64,000 nt of DNA. Source: Candidatus Latescibacterota bacterium (GTDB taxonomy: Bacteria > Latescibacterota > UBA2968 > UBA8231). Shown here piece after piece: positions 10,235-19,200 of the stretch; positions within the stretch are counted from its first letter, which is position 1, and each line of letters opens with the position of its first letter. The notes below the pieces were generated by a model. It was not told the origin of the DNA. It did not search any database and saw only the letters and a list, made by a program, of their open reading frames with translations. The stretch covers positions 3,296,001 through 3,360,000 of the forward strand of contig OZ241867.1 in assembly GCA_965203175.1 (NCBI GenBank), given 5' to 3'. The position numbers and the translations under genes are program-made.

Positions 10235-12127
10235 TCACTGACGGTCGGGAATGTACAGAAAGGGCAACTGCCGCTCAACCGCCTTGTTTTGCGGTAATGC
10301 TCCCTTTCCATAAAGGTCTCTGAGGCGCTGGGCCTCCGCGGGATGGTATTTAGACGCGACTTCCAGCACTCGCTCCGCCTTGGGGGCTTGGTCTTGTTGC
10401 AAGTACAGATCGATCAACTCGCTATAAGAGCCGTAAAAATTAAAGGCCGAGGGATTGCGGTGGAGGGCGGTTTCGTAGGCTTTTAGGGCCCGGTCGTTTT
10501 CCCCGAGTTGGCGGTGGGCCCGAGCTAGGCTGATCCACACCATGACTCTTTGCGGATAGACTCTCAACACCCGTTGAAAAGTGGGGATCGCAGCGCTGGC
10601 TTGGCCCTGGGCGGCCTGGACAGATGCCAAATTGTACCACGCCTGCCAGTAGGCCGAATCAAAGTACACGGCCCGCTCGAATGCCGCTTGCGCCCTTTCC
10701 AGTTCGCCCTCTTTGGCGTAGGCATTGCCCAGATTGTAGTGGACGGCGGCGTCGCCTTCCATATTCATCGGTGCCAGCCCCACATTGGCGAACACCGTAC
10801 AAAAGATCACCCCTGCGGCCATGGCGGCAGCAGCCGAGAAACGGTGCTGCCGCAGGGCATCCACAGCGCAGTACCCACCATAAGCGGCGTACACCAATAG
10901 CAAGGGAATGACCGGCAGGCGATAGCGTGCCGTTACGAAGAAGGTGATGACGGAAAGGGAGTACAGCACGACAAACAAAAGGGGCAAGGAGAAAGCGCGC
11001 TGGCGAATGGCCAGTGCGAGGCCCACCAGCGCCAGCGGACCGACCAGACCGAAGGGAAAGGCAAGGCCCCATTTCCACATAGTCGCGCTCAGGATGGCTG
11101 TATAGCGGCGCCAAAAATACAGATCCTGATTGCGGCCAATTTCATCGCCTTGCCAGAAAAGGTGGGTTTTTTTGGCCAGTAGGACCAAATAATCAACGGG
11201 TTGGGCGGCTATGTACTCGCGGGCTTTATCCATGTAAAAATCGGATTGCTGTACCAGTCGTTCGGCTTGGGCCTCGACCCTGGCTCGGTCCAATAGTTCG
11301 TACCATTCCCACCCCGGACGGATATTTACCGTGCGCTGGTAATCCGGATTGTTGCCAAGGTAGAAATTGATGCCGGCATTGGAAGAGATGAGCACGGCAT
11401 CGCCGCCGATGGCATAGTTGCGCAGGGTCACTGGGGCGATGGCGACGAGCAAACCCAATAGCAAGGCGCTGGGTAGGAGCAGTTGTTCCTGCAAAGGCCG
11501 GTTCTGCTTGCGGATTTCGTAGCAGACGTAGATAGTGGCTCCGAGCGCGAAGCTGAGCACGGTGGCCACCGTCAGAACGGCCAGACCAAACACCAAACCC
11601 GCCCCGGCAAAGCGCAAAAAAGAGGGACGACGAAGGGCCCTAAGCAGCAGCGCCAGTCCCGCCATATTGAGAAAGGTACCCAGCGTGGCCGGAAGTATTT
11701 CGCCGTCAAAAAAGATCAGCGGGCCATAGAGGGCGGCAGCGCAGGCCGCTGCTGCACCGACCGCGGTATTGAAAAGCTGTCGTCCTAGCGACCAAGTCAG
11801 GACGCAGAGCACAGCGCCGCACAGCGCCTGAAGAAAGCGCACCGCGTAAAAAAATAGATCGGGAGAAAGAGCATATAACAGGCCCAACAAGTAGGGATAT
11901 AGAGGCGGTTGCCAGAAGGCTTCCCGACCCTGTCCCAGCCAGTTTCCCGCTGCTAGGTCCTGGGCGTGCTCTACGTAGGTGAGGCCGTCGACGGGGGGGT
12001 GGGCAAACAGAGGACTGGTCTCGATCTGAAAAATGTAGGCCACCCGCATGGCCAAAGCCAGGACGAATACGCCCAGCGGGATGGAGAAAATGCCAAAAGA
12101 TTCGGCTTGTGTGCGCTTTTTAAACAA
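10235..12127 (-). CDS. GT-C fold (PMT/ArnT-like) membrane glycosyltransferase with C-terminal TPR repeats
   Basis: About 11-12 TM segments, early loop Asp (PVDG), PPLYPYLL, RYRLP, and TPRs (HYNLGNAY, AWYNLA). Start codon uncertain. Confidence 0.8.
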   Translation of the reverse strand: MFKKRTQAESFGIFSIPLGVFVLALAMRVAYIFQIETSPLFAHPPVDGLTYVEHAQDLAAGNWLGQGREAFWQPPLYPYLLGLLYALSPDLFFYAVRFLQALCGAVLCVLTWSLGRQLFNTAVGAAAACAAALYGPLIFFDGEILPATLGTFLNMAGLALLLRALRRPSFLRFAGAGLVFGLAVLTVATVLSFALGATIYVCYEIRKQNRPLQEQLLLPSALLLGLLVAIAPVTLRNYAIGGDAVLISSNAGINFYLGNNPDYQRTVNIRPGWEWYELLDRARVEAQAERLVQQSDFYMDKAREYIAAQPVDYLVLLAKKTHLFWQGDEIGRNQDLYFWRRYTAILSATMWKWGLAFPFGLVGPLALVGLALAIRQRAFSLPLLFVVLYSLSVITFFVTARYRLPVIPLLLVYAAYGGYCAVDALRQHRFSAAAAMAAGVIFCTVFANVGLAPMNMEGDAAVHYNLGNAYAKEGELERAQAAFERAVYFDSAYWQAWYNLASVQAAQGQASAAIPTFQRVLRVYPQRVMVWISLARAHRQLGENDRALKAYETALHRNPSAFNFYGSYSELIDLYLQQDQAPKAERVLEVASKYHPAEAQRLRDLYGKGALPQNKAVERQLPFLYIPDRQ

Positions 12128-12217
12128 TTTTAATGCCTTAACGCCGCGCTAAATGAGCGATATAGATGTTTTATCAACATATACGTTTGCTGTGTCCCGA
12201 TCAGCCATAAGAAAACA

Positions 12218-12250
12218 TTGACTTGCAATCTATAGATGGTTATCTATACT
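12218..12250 (+). promoter_or_regulatory. Sigma70-like promoter overlapped by palindrome TATAGAT-GGTT-ATCTATA
   Basis: TTGACT(12218)-17-TATCTA or TTGCAA(12223)-16-TATACT in an AT-rich divergent gap; inverted repeat at 12231-12248. Confidence 0.45.
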
Positions 12251-12310
12251 GAATAGCTACAAACCAATCCATAACCATAAGCTTTCTTGCAATTCCACAA
12301 GGAGGAATCT

Positions 12311-13228
12311 ATGAGCAAGCTCTTAAAGGGCGTTGTGTCCTTTGCCATCGCGATTGGCTTTACCACATCCGCTGGTGCCCACGATCCGCCGGGCGTGATT
12401 TTCGAAATGTGGCAATGGCCTTCTTCGCACTTACCGGTTCTGGATGCCGATTTGTCTGAGTGGGAGGTCGTGCCAGAGGAGTTGTGGATCACTGAACAGG
12501 ATCTAAACAACCTCTTGATCACCCAAATTGATGTCACTGATACCGAGCCGGATGCGTCTGACTTAGCCGTGCGTTTTACGTTTGGCTGGAACGACGAAAC
12601 CGAGCGCATCTACTTGGCTTATGATCGCTACGATGACTATTGGAGCCACCAGCGCGACGATATCGAACTGGCCGTCGATGCCGATCATTCGGGCGGGCTC
12701 TACTGGAGTTCGGAAGGGCAGAGCGATGAGGAAGCGCAACGTCAGCGCAACCGCCACGCCCAGATTTCCCACTTCTTCTTCCACAGCAAAACGGAAGAGG
12801 TTGGAGTACCTTGGAACTGGCATTGGATGACCCAAGCCGATTGGTATCGGGGGGAACCTTATTCCGATGGTGCCTATAAGTGGACCGAGCCCGAACTGGG
12901 CCAGGAATACAACTGGCAAATCGAGCTGTGGCACGTGTGGTGGGACGATTTCAACTGGCAAGATCCCGAAGGCAGTATCATCCACGATCTGCAAGAAGGG
13001 GAGATCATCGGCTTGGCAGCCCGCCACAAGGACGGGGACGTGGGCCTGTGCTGCGGCCATGACGAGACCGGCGAAGTCTTCTCCGACTGGGCCCTCAACT
13101 TCAATGAATCTTCTGAAAACGCCGACTTCCTACCGGACTGGATTCTCTTGCCGGTCAACGAGGAACTGCTAGCGACGGCCGTCGAAGACGATACTTGGGG
13201 CCATATCAAGGCATCTTTCAGTCGGTAA
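12311..13228 (+). CDS. Secreted acidic, Trp-rich protein (CBM9/DOMON-like fold possible) with C-terminal TAVExxTWGxIK tail
   Basis: SD AAGGAGG before ATG 12311, signal AGA|H, LDADLSEW motif, ends TAVEDDTWGHIKASFSR. Confidence 0.75.
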   Translation: MSKLLKGVVSFAIAIGFTTSAGAHDPPGVIFEMWQWPSSHLPVLDADLSEWEVVPEELWITEQDLNNLLITQIDVTDTEPDASDLAVRFTFGWNDETERIYLAYDRYDDYWSHQRDDIELAVDADHSGGLYWSSEGQSDEEAQRQRNRHAQISHFFFHSKTEEVGVPWNWHWMTQADWYRGEPYSDGAYKWTEPELGQEYNWQIELWHVWWDDFNWQDPEGSIIHDLQEGEIIGLAARHKDGDVGLCCGHDETGEVFSDWALNFNESSENADFLPDWILLPVNEELLATAVEDDTWGHIKASFSR

Positions 13229-13251
13229 AAGCTCCAATCATTTAATTTTTC

Positions 13252-13300
13252 ACTACAAACTCTCCCGTTGGCTTTTGGCTACAGCGGGAGAGTTTGTAGT
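13252..13300 (+). terminator. Long stem-loop, putative terminator or mRNA-stabilising hairpin
   Basis: ACTACAAACTCTCCCGTTG / CAGCGGGAGAGTTTGTAGT, 19-bp arms (one G-U), just after the stop at 13228. No clear U-tract. Confidence 0.55.
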
Positions 13301-13341
13301 ATTGGTCCCAGTTGGATGCCGGCCCAACTCATAAGCGAGAG

Positions 13342-14139
13342 GTGAATGGGTTGACCGAGTGGCAGCAGGCCGAATACGAAGGCCAAGGATATCTCCTCGT
13401 CGAAGATGCCCTGAGTGCAGATGAGCTCGACCGCGTCCGACGCGCTTTTGCTGAGGCCGCGCAGGTAGGCGCTCTGGAAGATCTGCCCAATCAAGACGAC
13501 TGTTTCATCCACCTAGCAGAACATCCGAATCTGTTCCCAATAATCCATCGGATCTTGTCCGACGATGTGTCTCTGCGCTCCCTGGCCGCGATCTCCGTCG
13601 AGCCTGGAGCAGCCGGCAGGGGTTGGCATCGGAAGGTCGCCAGCATGCTCGGGGTCCACCACGCCGCCTCCAACCTGTGCCTCCAGCTATTCGTGTGCCT
13701 AGACGATACCCCACCCGACGGTGGCTGTCTGACCGTGGTTCCGGCGAGCCACCGTTTCAAAGCTGAAGTCCCGTTTCCCGATATCACCTACATAGAAGAG
13801 ATGCCCCACCACCTGCCGCTGCGCCTAAAGGCGGGATCGGCCGCAGTGCTGCACGGCAATCTCTGGCAGGCGCGCACGGCCAACCGCGCTGATGCAGCGC
13901 TGCGATTGCTCGAATACACCTACGTCCATAGCTGGATGCGACAGGCCTTGCCAGAGCTATCGCCGCAGGCGCTGGAGACGATCGCTGCCAGAGATAACCT
14001 CGCCCACCTTTTCGGCGTTGCCGCCGCGCCCAGTTATTGGACGGGCAAGGTTAAGGGCTATCCGAGCTCGGATGGCCTTCCGCAGAGACACTACTCGCCG
14101 TTGAGCAGCGTCGGCAAGGGTACCGAGCCAAATTATTAA
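13342..14139 (+). CDS. Phytanoyl-CoA dioxygenase (PhyH) family protein with degenerate Fe ligands
   Basis: GYLLVEDALS, GCLTVVPASH and KAGSAAVLH motifs, but WHRK replaces HxD and LWQ replaces LWH. Start may be TTG 13351. Confidence 0.8.
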   Translation: MNGLTEWQQAEYEGQGYLLVEDALSADELDRVRRAFAEAAQVGALEDLPNQDDCFIHLAEHPNLFPIIHRILSDDVSLRSLAAISVEPGAAGRGWHRKVASMLGVHHAASNLCLQLFVCLDDTPPDGGCLTVVPASHRFKAEVPFPDITYIEEMPHHLPLRLKAGSAAVLHGNLWQARTANRADAALRLLEYTYVHSWMRQALPELSPQALETIAARDNLAHLFGVAAAPSYWTGKVKGYPSSDGLPQRHYSPLSSVGKGTEPNY

Positions 14140-14172
14140 ACCGCCAAACTTTATGAAAAACTGGGCCCCGAT

Positions 14173-14931
14173 ATGACACCTGAACAAGCTAGGCAACAGT
14201 ATAACTCACAGGGATTTGTCGTTATCCGCGGGGCGTTGTCGGGTGCCGAGGTGGAGCGGGTACTCAATGCCTTCGACCAGGCGGCGAAGAATGACTCGCT
14301 TTACGACCTGCTCCAGCAGGACGAGGTGTTCGTCGATATGGTGGATCATCCCGCCATCTTCCCCGTCGTGCGAGCGGTTATAGGAGAGGATGTGCAACTG
14401 CGCTATGCCCATGGGGGCATCAGGGAAGCCAACACCGATTCAGGCGGCGGCTGGCACTGCGATCTTTGCGACATAAAGGGCGTGTATTTGCCGGACTCGC
14501 TGATCATGACCAAAATTTTCACCTATCTAGTGGACGTCCCCGAAAACGGTGCCACCTTCGCCATCGTTCCCGGCAGTCATCGCTTTGAGATGGGACATCC
14601 CCTGCCCGACATTGAGGATCACGAGGATATGCCACATCACGCCAAGCTAACGGCTAAAGCTGGCGACGCGGTGCTCTTCAATGGCTACTGCTGGCACGCC
14701 CGCTTTCACAACCGCAGTAACAGCGACCGCAAGGTACTCGAGTACTCGTACGTCCGCTCGTGGATGAAGACGCAGTACGACTACCGGGATTTGCCCGCGT
14801 CCATTCAGCAGCGGATTACCCAATCCCACAATCGGCGCCAGCTCTTCGGCGTCCCAGAGCCTGGAGTGAGTGATTGGGAGCGACGACTTGAAGGCGGTGA
14901 ACCCTATCGCCCAATCGAAGTCGGCATTTGA
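14173..14931 (+). CDS. PhyH-family Fe(II)/2OG dioxygenase
   Basis: WHCD, IVPGSH, AGDAVLF...CWH and NxSxxxR motifs. Confidence 0.88.
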   Translation: MTPEQARQQYNSQGFVVIRGALSGAEVERVLNAFDQAAKNDSLYDLLQQDEVFVDMVDHPAIFPVVRAVIGEDVQLRYAHGGIREANTDSGGGWHCDLCDIKGVYLPDSLIMTKIFTYLVDVPENGATFAIVPGSHRFEMGHPLPDIEDHEDMPHHAKLTAKAGDAVLFNGYCWHARFHNRSNSDRKVLEYSYVRSWMKTQYDYRDLPASIQQRITQSHNRRQLFGVPEPGVSDWERRLEGGEPYRPIEVGI

Positions 14932-14939
14932 ATAACGTC

Positions 14940-16880
14940 TCACATGTAGGTTATGACATTGCCGCTCCCGCCCAGCAACGTATCGATGATGGCCCAGAAG
15001 GCGGCGACGGAGACTTCGCCTAAGATCAAGCCCAAGAAAAAGGGCTTTAAAATGCGGTAGAGTTTGGGGCCGCCAAAGTGCAGAATCGTCAATTTGCACA
15101 GATAGGCGAGCATGGCGGCAAACCATATCTCGCTGGTGAGCCAGCCAATGGCCAAAGGAAAACCCAAAGGATGGAACGGCCACCAGTACCAGCGCTTCTG
15201 GGCGACCATCAGAAAAGCCTCAAAGGCGGCACCACCGCCGGTGAATACCCAACCGCGCACATCCACCTCCCGGGGATTGTGCACCAGCGATAACCACAGG
15301 TCCCAGTTGCCGCCAAAGCCGGCATAGGATCCTAGGTTGATGCCGCCATAGGTGTACCCTAGATGCAAATTCATCATCGTCCCGCCGATCATACTGCACA
15401 CCAGAGCCAGTAGCAGGGCCAGCAAAAGGCGCCTCTTCGAGCCGCGGATCGATTCGGCCAGCTTGAGTGCGTTGGCGCAGGCGAGCATGGGGAAGAGGCG
15501 CATTTCCGCCTGCCATACCATAGTGAAGCACAGGGCTACCATGCCTTTGGCACCCAGAATCGAAGTGCCTAGTCCCGAGATGATGAAATAAGGTGCCACT
15601 AGCGGGGGCCGAGCCGTGGGCACGCCACCGGCCGAGACGACCCGGGTGATGAGAATGTAGTAGATCAGGCAAATAAAGAGAAAAACGGGAATGACGACGG
15701 GGGGAAGCCCCGAGCGCCACAGCCAGAAACAGACAAAGAGCAAACTGGCGATCAGGCCAAAAAAAGCCAGGCGGTAGGATATCAGCTCCTCGCTGTCGTC
15801 GACGCCACTAGCCGGCCGCCAAGCCGTGGCTACCACATCCCGCAAGTGGTGCCTGGCCGTCCACAATCCAAAAAGTACAAAGACTATGCTAGCGCCCACG
15901 GCCTGATGAGTCAGATCTGCCAACTGGGAGTACTCGTACTGACTCAACTGCTCGGTGCTGTGAATGCCCAAGGTGCGGAAGAGTCCGTCTTGGAGCTTGC
16001 CTATTAAAAAGAAGAACCAAATGCTAAGGGAAATATTCAGATCGACCAGATAGAAAAACCCGAGCCAGGCGTAACTAAGCGCCAAGCCTTCTCCCCAAGT
16101 GTTGATATCGCGAAACCAGTGAATCCAGGCGATGTAAAAGGGAAATTCGGGCACGACCGGCAGGTAGTGGTTTAACCCCGAAAAACTGAATAGAATGAAA
16201 GGCACGGCAAAGCCAAGCCACATTAGTTTATTTAAAAAAAAGGGTGCCACCTGCCCCGGACTCGTGCCTTCGATCATCTGCAGGGGCAACTGCGTCATAG
16301 GATAACTGAGACGCTCGTGGACCGACCACTGACGATGTAGAATAGTGGCCATGCATATCATCATAAAGCTCAAGCACAAAAAGAACGCAAACCAGTGCGA
16401 CAGGGGTTCGATCCACGCGGCCCAGGGAATGGATTGGCCACTTGGCAATCCCTCGTAGAGTGCAAAAATGGCCTGTTCATCTTGGGGGACCATCCAGTCG
16501 GGGATATAAGGCAGATAAACTTCGGCGAAATTGTTCTCCGGCGAGGCCATGTAGTAGGGGCCAGAAATCATGCCGATCAGATAGTTAAGGAAGTTGTAGG
16601 TCGGCAGGGTTACCGCCATCAGCAGCATGGAGTAAACGAGGATGAGGTCGGCTCGGCCCAAGGCAAACTGACGCTTAATCAGCCCGAGGACGACATTGAC
16701 GAAGAGGGTGAGGACAAAAAAGAAAAAGATGGCCCCGGGCGACGAACTGTTGATACCCATGGAGGAGGCCTGAAGCATAAAGACAACAAAGGGCGCGCAG
16801 AGGCTGACTATCAGTGAGAAGATGGCTCCGACGACGATGCCTTTGAAGGTGAACGGGGATTTAGCGGGTTCGGGTCGCAT
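14940..16880 (-). CDS. DUF6785/DUF6784-type polytopic membrane protein (putative transporter)
   Basis: About 16 TM segments. Motifs RQWSVHERLSYP, WWPFHPLG and PFFLGLILG shared with 22584-24578. Start MRPEP chosen to avoid overlap. Confidence 0.75.
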   Translation of the reverse strand: MRPEPAKSPFTFKGIVVGAIFSLIVSLCAPFVVFMLQASSMGINSSSPGAIFFFFVLTLFVNVVLGLIKRQFALGRADLILVYSMLLMAVTLPTYNFLNYLIGMISGPYYMASPENNFAEVYLPYIPDWMVPQDEQAIFALYEGLPSGQSIPWAAWIEPLSHWFAFFLCLSFMMICMATILHRQWSVHERLSYPMTQLPLQMIEGTSPGQVAPFFLNKLMWLGFAVPFILFSFSGLNHYLPVVPEFPFYIAWIHWFRDINTWGEGLALSYAWLGFFYLVDLNISLSIWFFFLIGKLQDGLFRTLGIHSTEQLSQYEYSQLADLTHQAVGASIVFVLFGLWTARHHLRDVVATAWRPASGVDDSEELISYRLAFFGLIASLLFVCFWLWRSGLPPVVIPVFLFICLIYYILITRVVSAGGVPTARPPLVAPYFIISGLGTSILGAKGMVALCFTMVWQAEMRLFPMLACANALKLAESIRGSKRRLLLALLLALVCSMIGGTMMNLHLGYTYGGINLGSYAGFGGNWDLWLSLVHNPREVDVRGWVFTGGGAAFEAFLMVAQKRWYWWPFHPLGFPLAIGWLTSEIWFAAMLAYLCKLTILHFGGPKLYRILKPFFLGLILGEVSVAAFWAIIDTLLGGSGNVITYM

Positions 16881-16899
16881 GGGTGAGGTTGGGCAATAT

Positions 16900-17730
16900 T
16901 CAGCGCTGGACGTACTTGTAGGCAGCGGCTGCATTCTGCCAAAAGTATTGCTGTGCCGCTAATGTCCCCTTGGACTTGAAATAAGCGCCGACAATGGCCT
17001 GCACGGTGGCGTGGTCGCTCGATATTTCACACACCGGCCAGTTGGAGCCGTATATGAGCCGGTCCTCGCCGAACGCGTCCCACAACACTTCTAGCGTGGG
17101 CAGATAAAATTCGAGGTCGGCCGGGGCTGGCTGCACCTGACTGTACTCTACTAGGCCGGAAACCTTGCAAAAAATCTGCGGCCAGGCCGCGGCTGTGCGC
17201 ACGTATTCGACCCAGTCGGGATCAGGCGCTTGGCCGTCTATCTTTGGCTGGCCGCAGTGGTTGAGTACCCAGCGCAGATCGGGCACTTGGCGCGCCACCA
17301 ACCATAGCGATTCGGCCTGCTGGGGGGACACGCTGATATCCACTTGTAGGTCGTGGTCGGCCATTGTCTTGGCGCGCTCCATGGCACTGCCGTCGTCTGC
17401 GACAAATTCAGGGCCAGCGCGAATACCTCTATACAGCGGGTCGGCGGCAAAACGCTTGATGTGGGTACCGAAGCTGGGTCCGGAATCGACGTGTCCGACG
17501 ACTCCAACGATCCAAGAGTCGTTGGCAGCTAGGTCGAGAAGCCACTGATTATCTTCGAGCCAGACACTAGCCGCCGTCACTACGGTGCCGCTGACGCCGG
17601 TGGGTTCGGCCACTGCTCTGTGGTGCTCTGGCAGTACGGTCCGGTAAATGGGTCCGTCCTCTTTATTGGGCCAAGGCACTCCCTGCGGGCGATGGGGATC
17701 GTAGAAATGGGTGTGAGCGTCGATGATCAC
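16900..17730 (-). CDS. Amidohydrolase_2 family metal-dependent hydrolase (sugar lactonase-like)
   Basis: IIDAHTH, LNHCGQP, CKVSG and RLIYGSNWPV motifs. Confidence 0.88.
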   Translation of the reverse strand: MIIDAHTHFYDPHRPQGVPWPNKEDGPIYRTVLPEHHRAVAEPTGVSGTVVTAASVWLEDNQWLLDLAANDSWIVGVVGHVDSGPSFGTHIKRFAADPLYRGIRAGPEFVADDGSAMERAKTMADHDLQVDISVSPQQAESLWLVARQVPDLRWVLNHCGQPKIDGQAPDPDWVEYVRTAAAWPQIFCKVSGLVEYSQVQPAPADLEFYLPTLEVLWDAFGEDRLIYGSNWPVCEISSDHATVQAIVGAYFKSKGTLAAQQYFWQNAAAAYKYVQR

Positions 17731-17810
17731 TAATAGTCTCCCAACGCCAGCTGATTGTCGATTCGATAGAACAGAGCTATTTTTCGATTTGCCAAGGAGG
17801 AGCTGAACTC

Positions 17811-18275
17811 ATGAAAGATGGAAAACTGCACGGAAAGAAGATCGAGTATTACGAAAGCGGGAAAATACGCAAAGAAGGCACATACGACAACGGCCATGAG
17901 GACGGACCATGGGTCGTCTGTTACGCCGATGGCGGGATAGAATACAAAGGGGAATACAAGAACGGGAAAAAACACGGTAAATGGGTCGGATATTTCGCTA
18001 GCGGTGAGCTGCGCTACGAGGGCCGCTTTGAGGATGATAAAAGCGAGGGAAGATGGGTTGAGTATTACAGAGATGGAAAAGTAAAGGAAGAGATAAACTA
18101 TAAAAATGGGCTGTTTGACGGGAAGTGGACTTATGTGGACGAGAACGGACAACTAAGAGGGGAAGGCACTTTTGCCATGGGAAGCGGGAAGTGGATCGAA
18201 TTTGACCCAACCGGGAAAAAGATCCAGGAGAGACTCTATAGAAACGGAGCGTATATCAAGGCCGTATCTGCATAG
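17811..18275 (+). CDS. MORN-variant repeat protein (YwqK-antitoxin-like)
   Basis: About five 24-aa repeats of GxYKNGKKxGKWxxYYxxG; SD AAGGAGG. Confidence 0.85.
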   Translation: MKDGKLHGKKIEYYESGKIRKEGTYDNGHEDGPWVVCYADGGIEYKGEYKNGKKHGKWVGYFASGELRYEGRFEDDKSEGRWVEYYRDGKVKEEINYKNGLFDGKWTYVDENGQLRGEGTFAMGSGKWIEFDPTGKKIQERLYRNGAYIKAVSA

Positions 18276-18312
18276 GTGAGCCCCACAGAAAAACCGTATG
18301 AGGAAATTCATC

Positions 18313-19143
18313 ATGTCACAGCCTCCCATTTTCGCTCCCGACAACAAGGAAGACATACTCGCTTTTTTTCAGCAGTATAAGTACGTCGTAGTCGCCGACG
18401 CCCTACCTGTTGGCGACATCTGGACCCTCAACGCCTTTGTCGATCGCTCTAAAGGGGAAATCCCCCGCGAATGGGGCCCCGACCGCTTGGGCGTTTTTTC
18501 GCATGGGCAGATCTTGGTTCACCATCCCGAGTTAGACCGCTTTATTCAGCCAGCGGTCTCCTATGATATAGTGCGGAGCATCATGGCGCCCCAACCTCGC
18601 TTTGCCCAATTCGATTTCCGCGACGTGCCCGCTGGCAAAGGAGATGGAGAGATGCGCTTCCATCGCGACCGGCCCTACCAACCCACCACCGAGACCGAGC
18701 CTGAGCGTCCCTATGAATGCACCTATGTCTGCGCCATCCACTACTTGAGCGACGTGGAGGCCAGCGATCCCTGTTTTTGCGTCGTGCCCAACAGTGGTCC
18801 TTACGAGACTTTGGAGGAGGCCCGCGCTCAATTGGGGTCGGATTATGAAGAAGTGCCTATCCGGGGTCCGGCCGGCACCTTGGTCCTGTACGACATTGCC
18901 ATTTTTCACACCCGCCTGCCCGGACAACGCGCCCGCGCCCGACGCACCTTGCACCACTACTACAGCCGCGCCGCCAGCCAGCCCCTGACCAATTGGGTGC
19001 TCCTCCCCCAGCGCTTGGCCGAACATCCCGACCCCGAGCAACGCACCTTTTACAGTCAGTGGTCCGCGGCTACCCAAGCCTACGCCGAGGCTGGTTTTTC
19101 CTCGGAGTACTACGAGGAACACGTGCTGGAGAAACTCACCTAG
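18313..19143 (+). CDS. PhyH-family dioxygenase
   Basis: FHRD, FCVVPNS and GPAGTLVLYDIAIFH motifs; SD GAGGA before ATG 18313. Confidence 0.85.
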   Translation: MSQPPIFAPDNKEDILAFFQQYKYVVVADALPVGDIWTLNAFVDRSKGEIPREWGPDRLGVFSHGQILVHHPELDRFIQPAVSYDIVRSIMAPQPRFAQFDFRDVPAGKGDGEMRFHRDRPYQPTTETEPERPYECTYVCAIHYLSDVEASDPCFCVVPNSGPYETLEEARAQLGSDYEEVPIRGPAGTLVLYDIAIFHTRLPGQRARARRTLHHYYSRAASQPLTNWVLLPQRLAEHPDPEQRTFYSQWSAATQAYAEAGFSSEYYEEHVLEKLT

Positions 19144-19200
19144 ATAGACGCAAAATCCCATCGCTAAAGCACGCCTTCACGCAACTGTGGAGAATTGATT

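Noticed and set aside
13342-14139. Fe/2OG halogenase
   Set aside because: Halogenases have HxA/G and keep the distal His; here the residues are Lys and Gln.
17730-18152. 140-aa hydrophobic minus-strand ORF
   Set aside because: Antisense shadow of the A-rich MORN gene.
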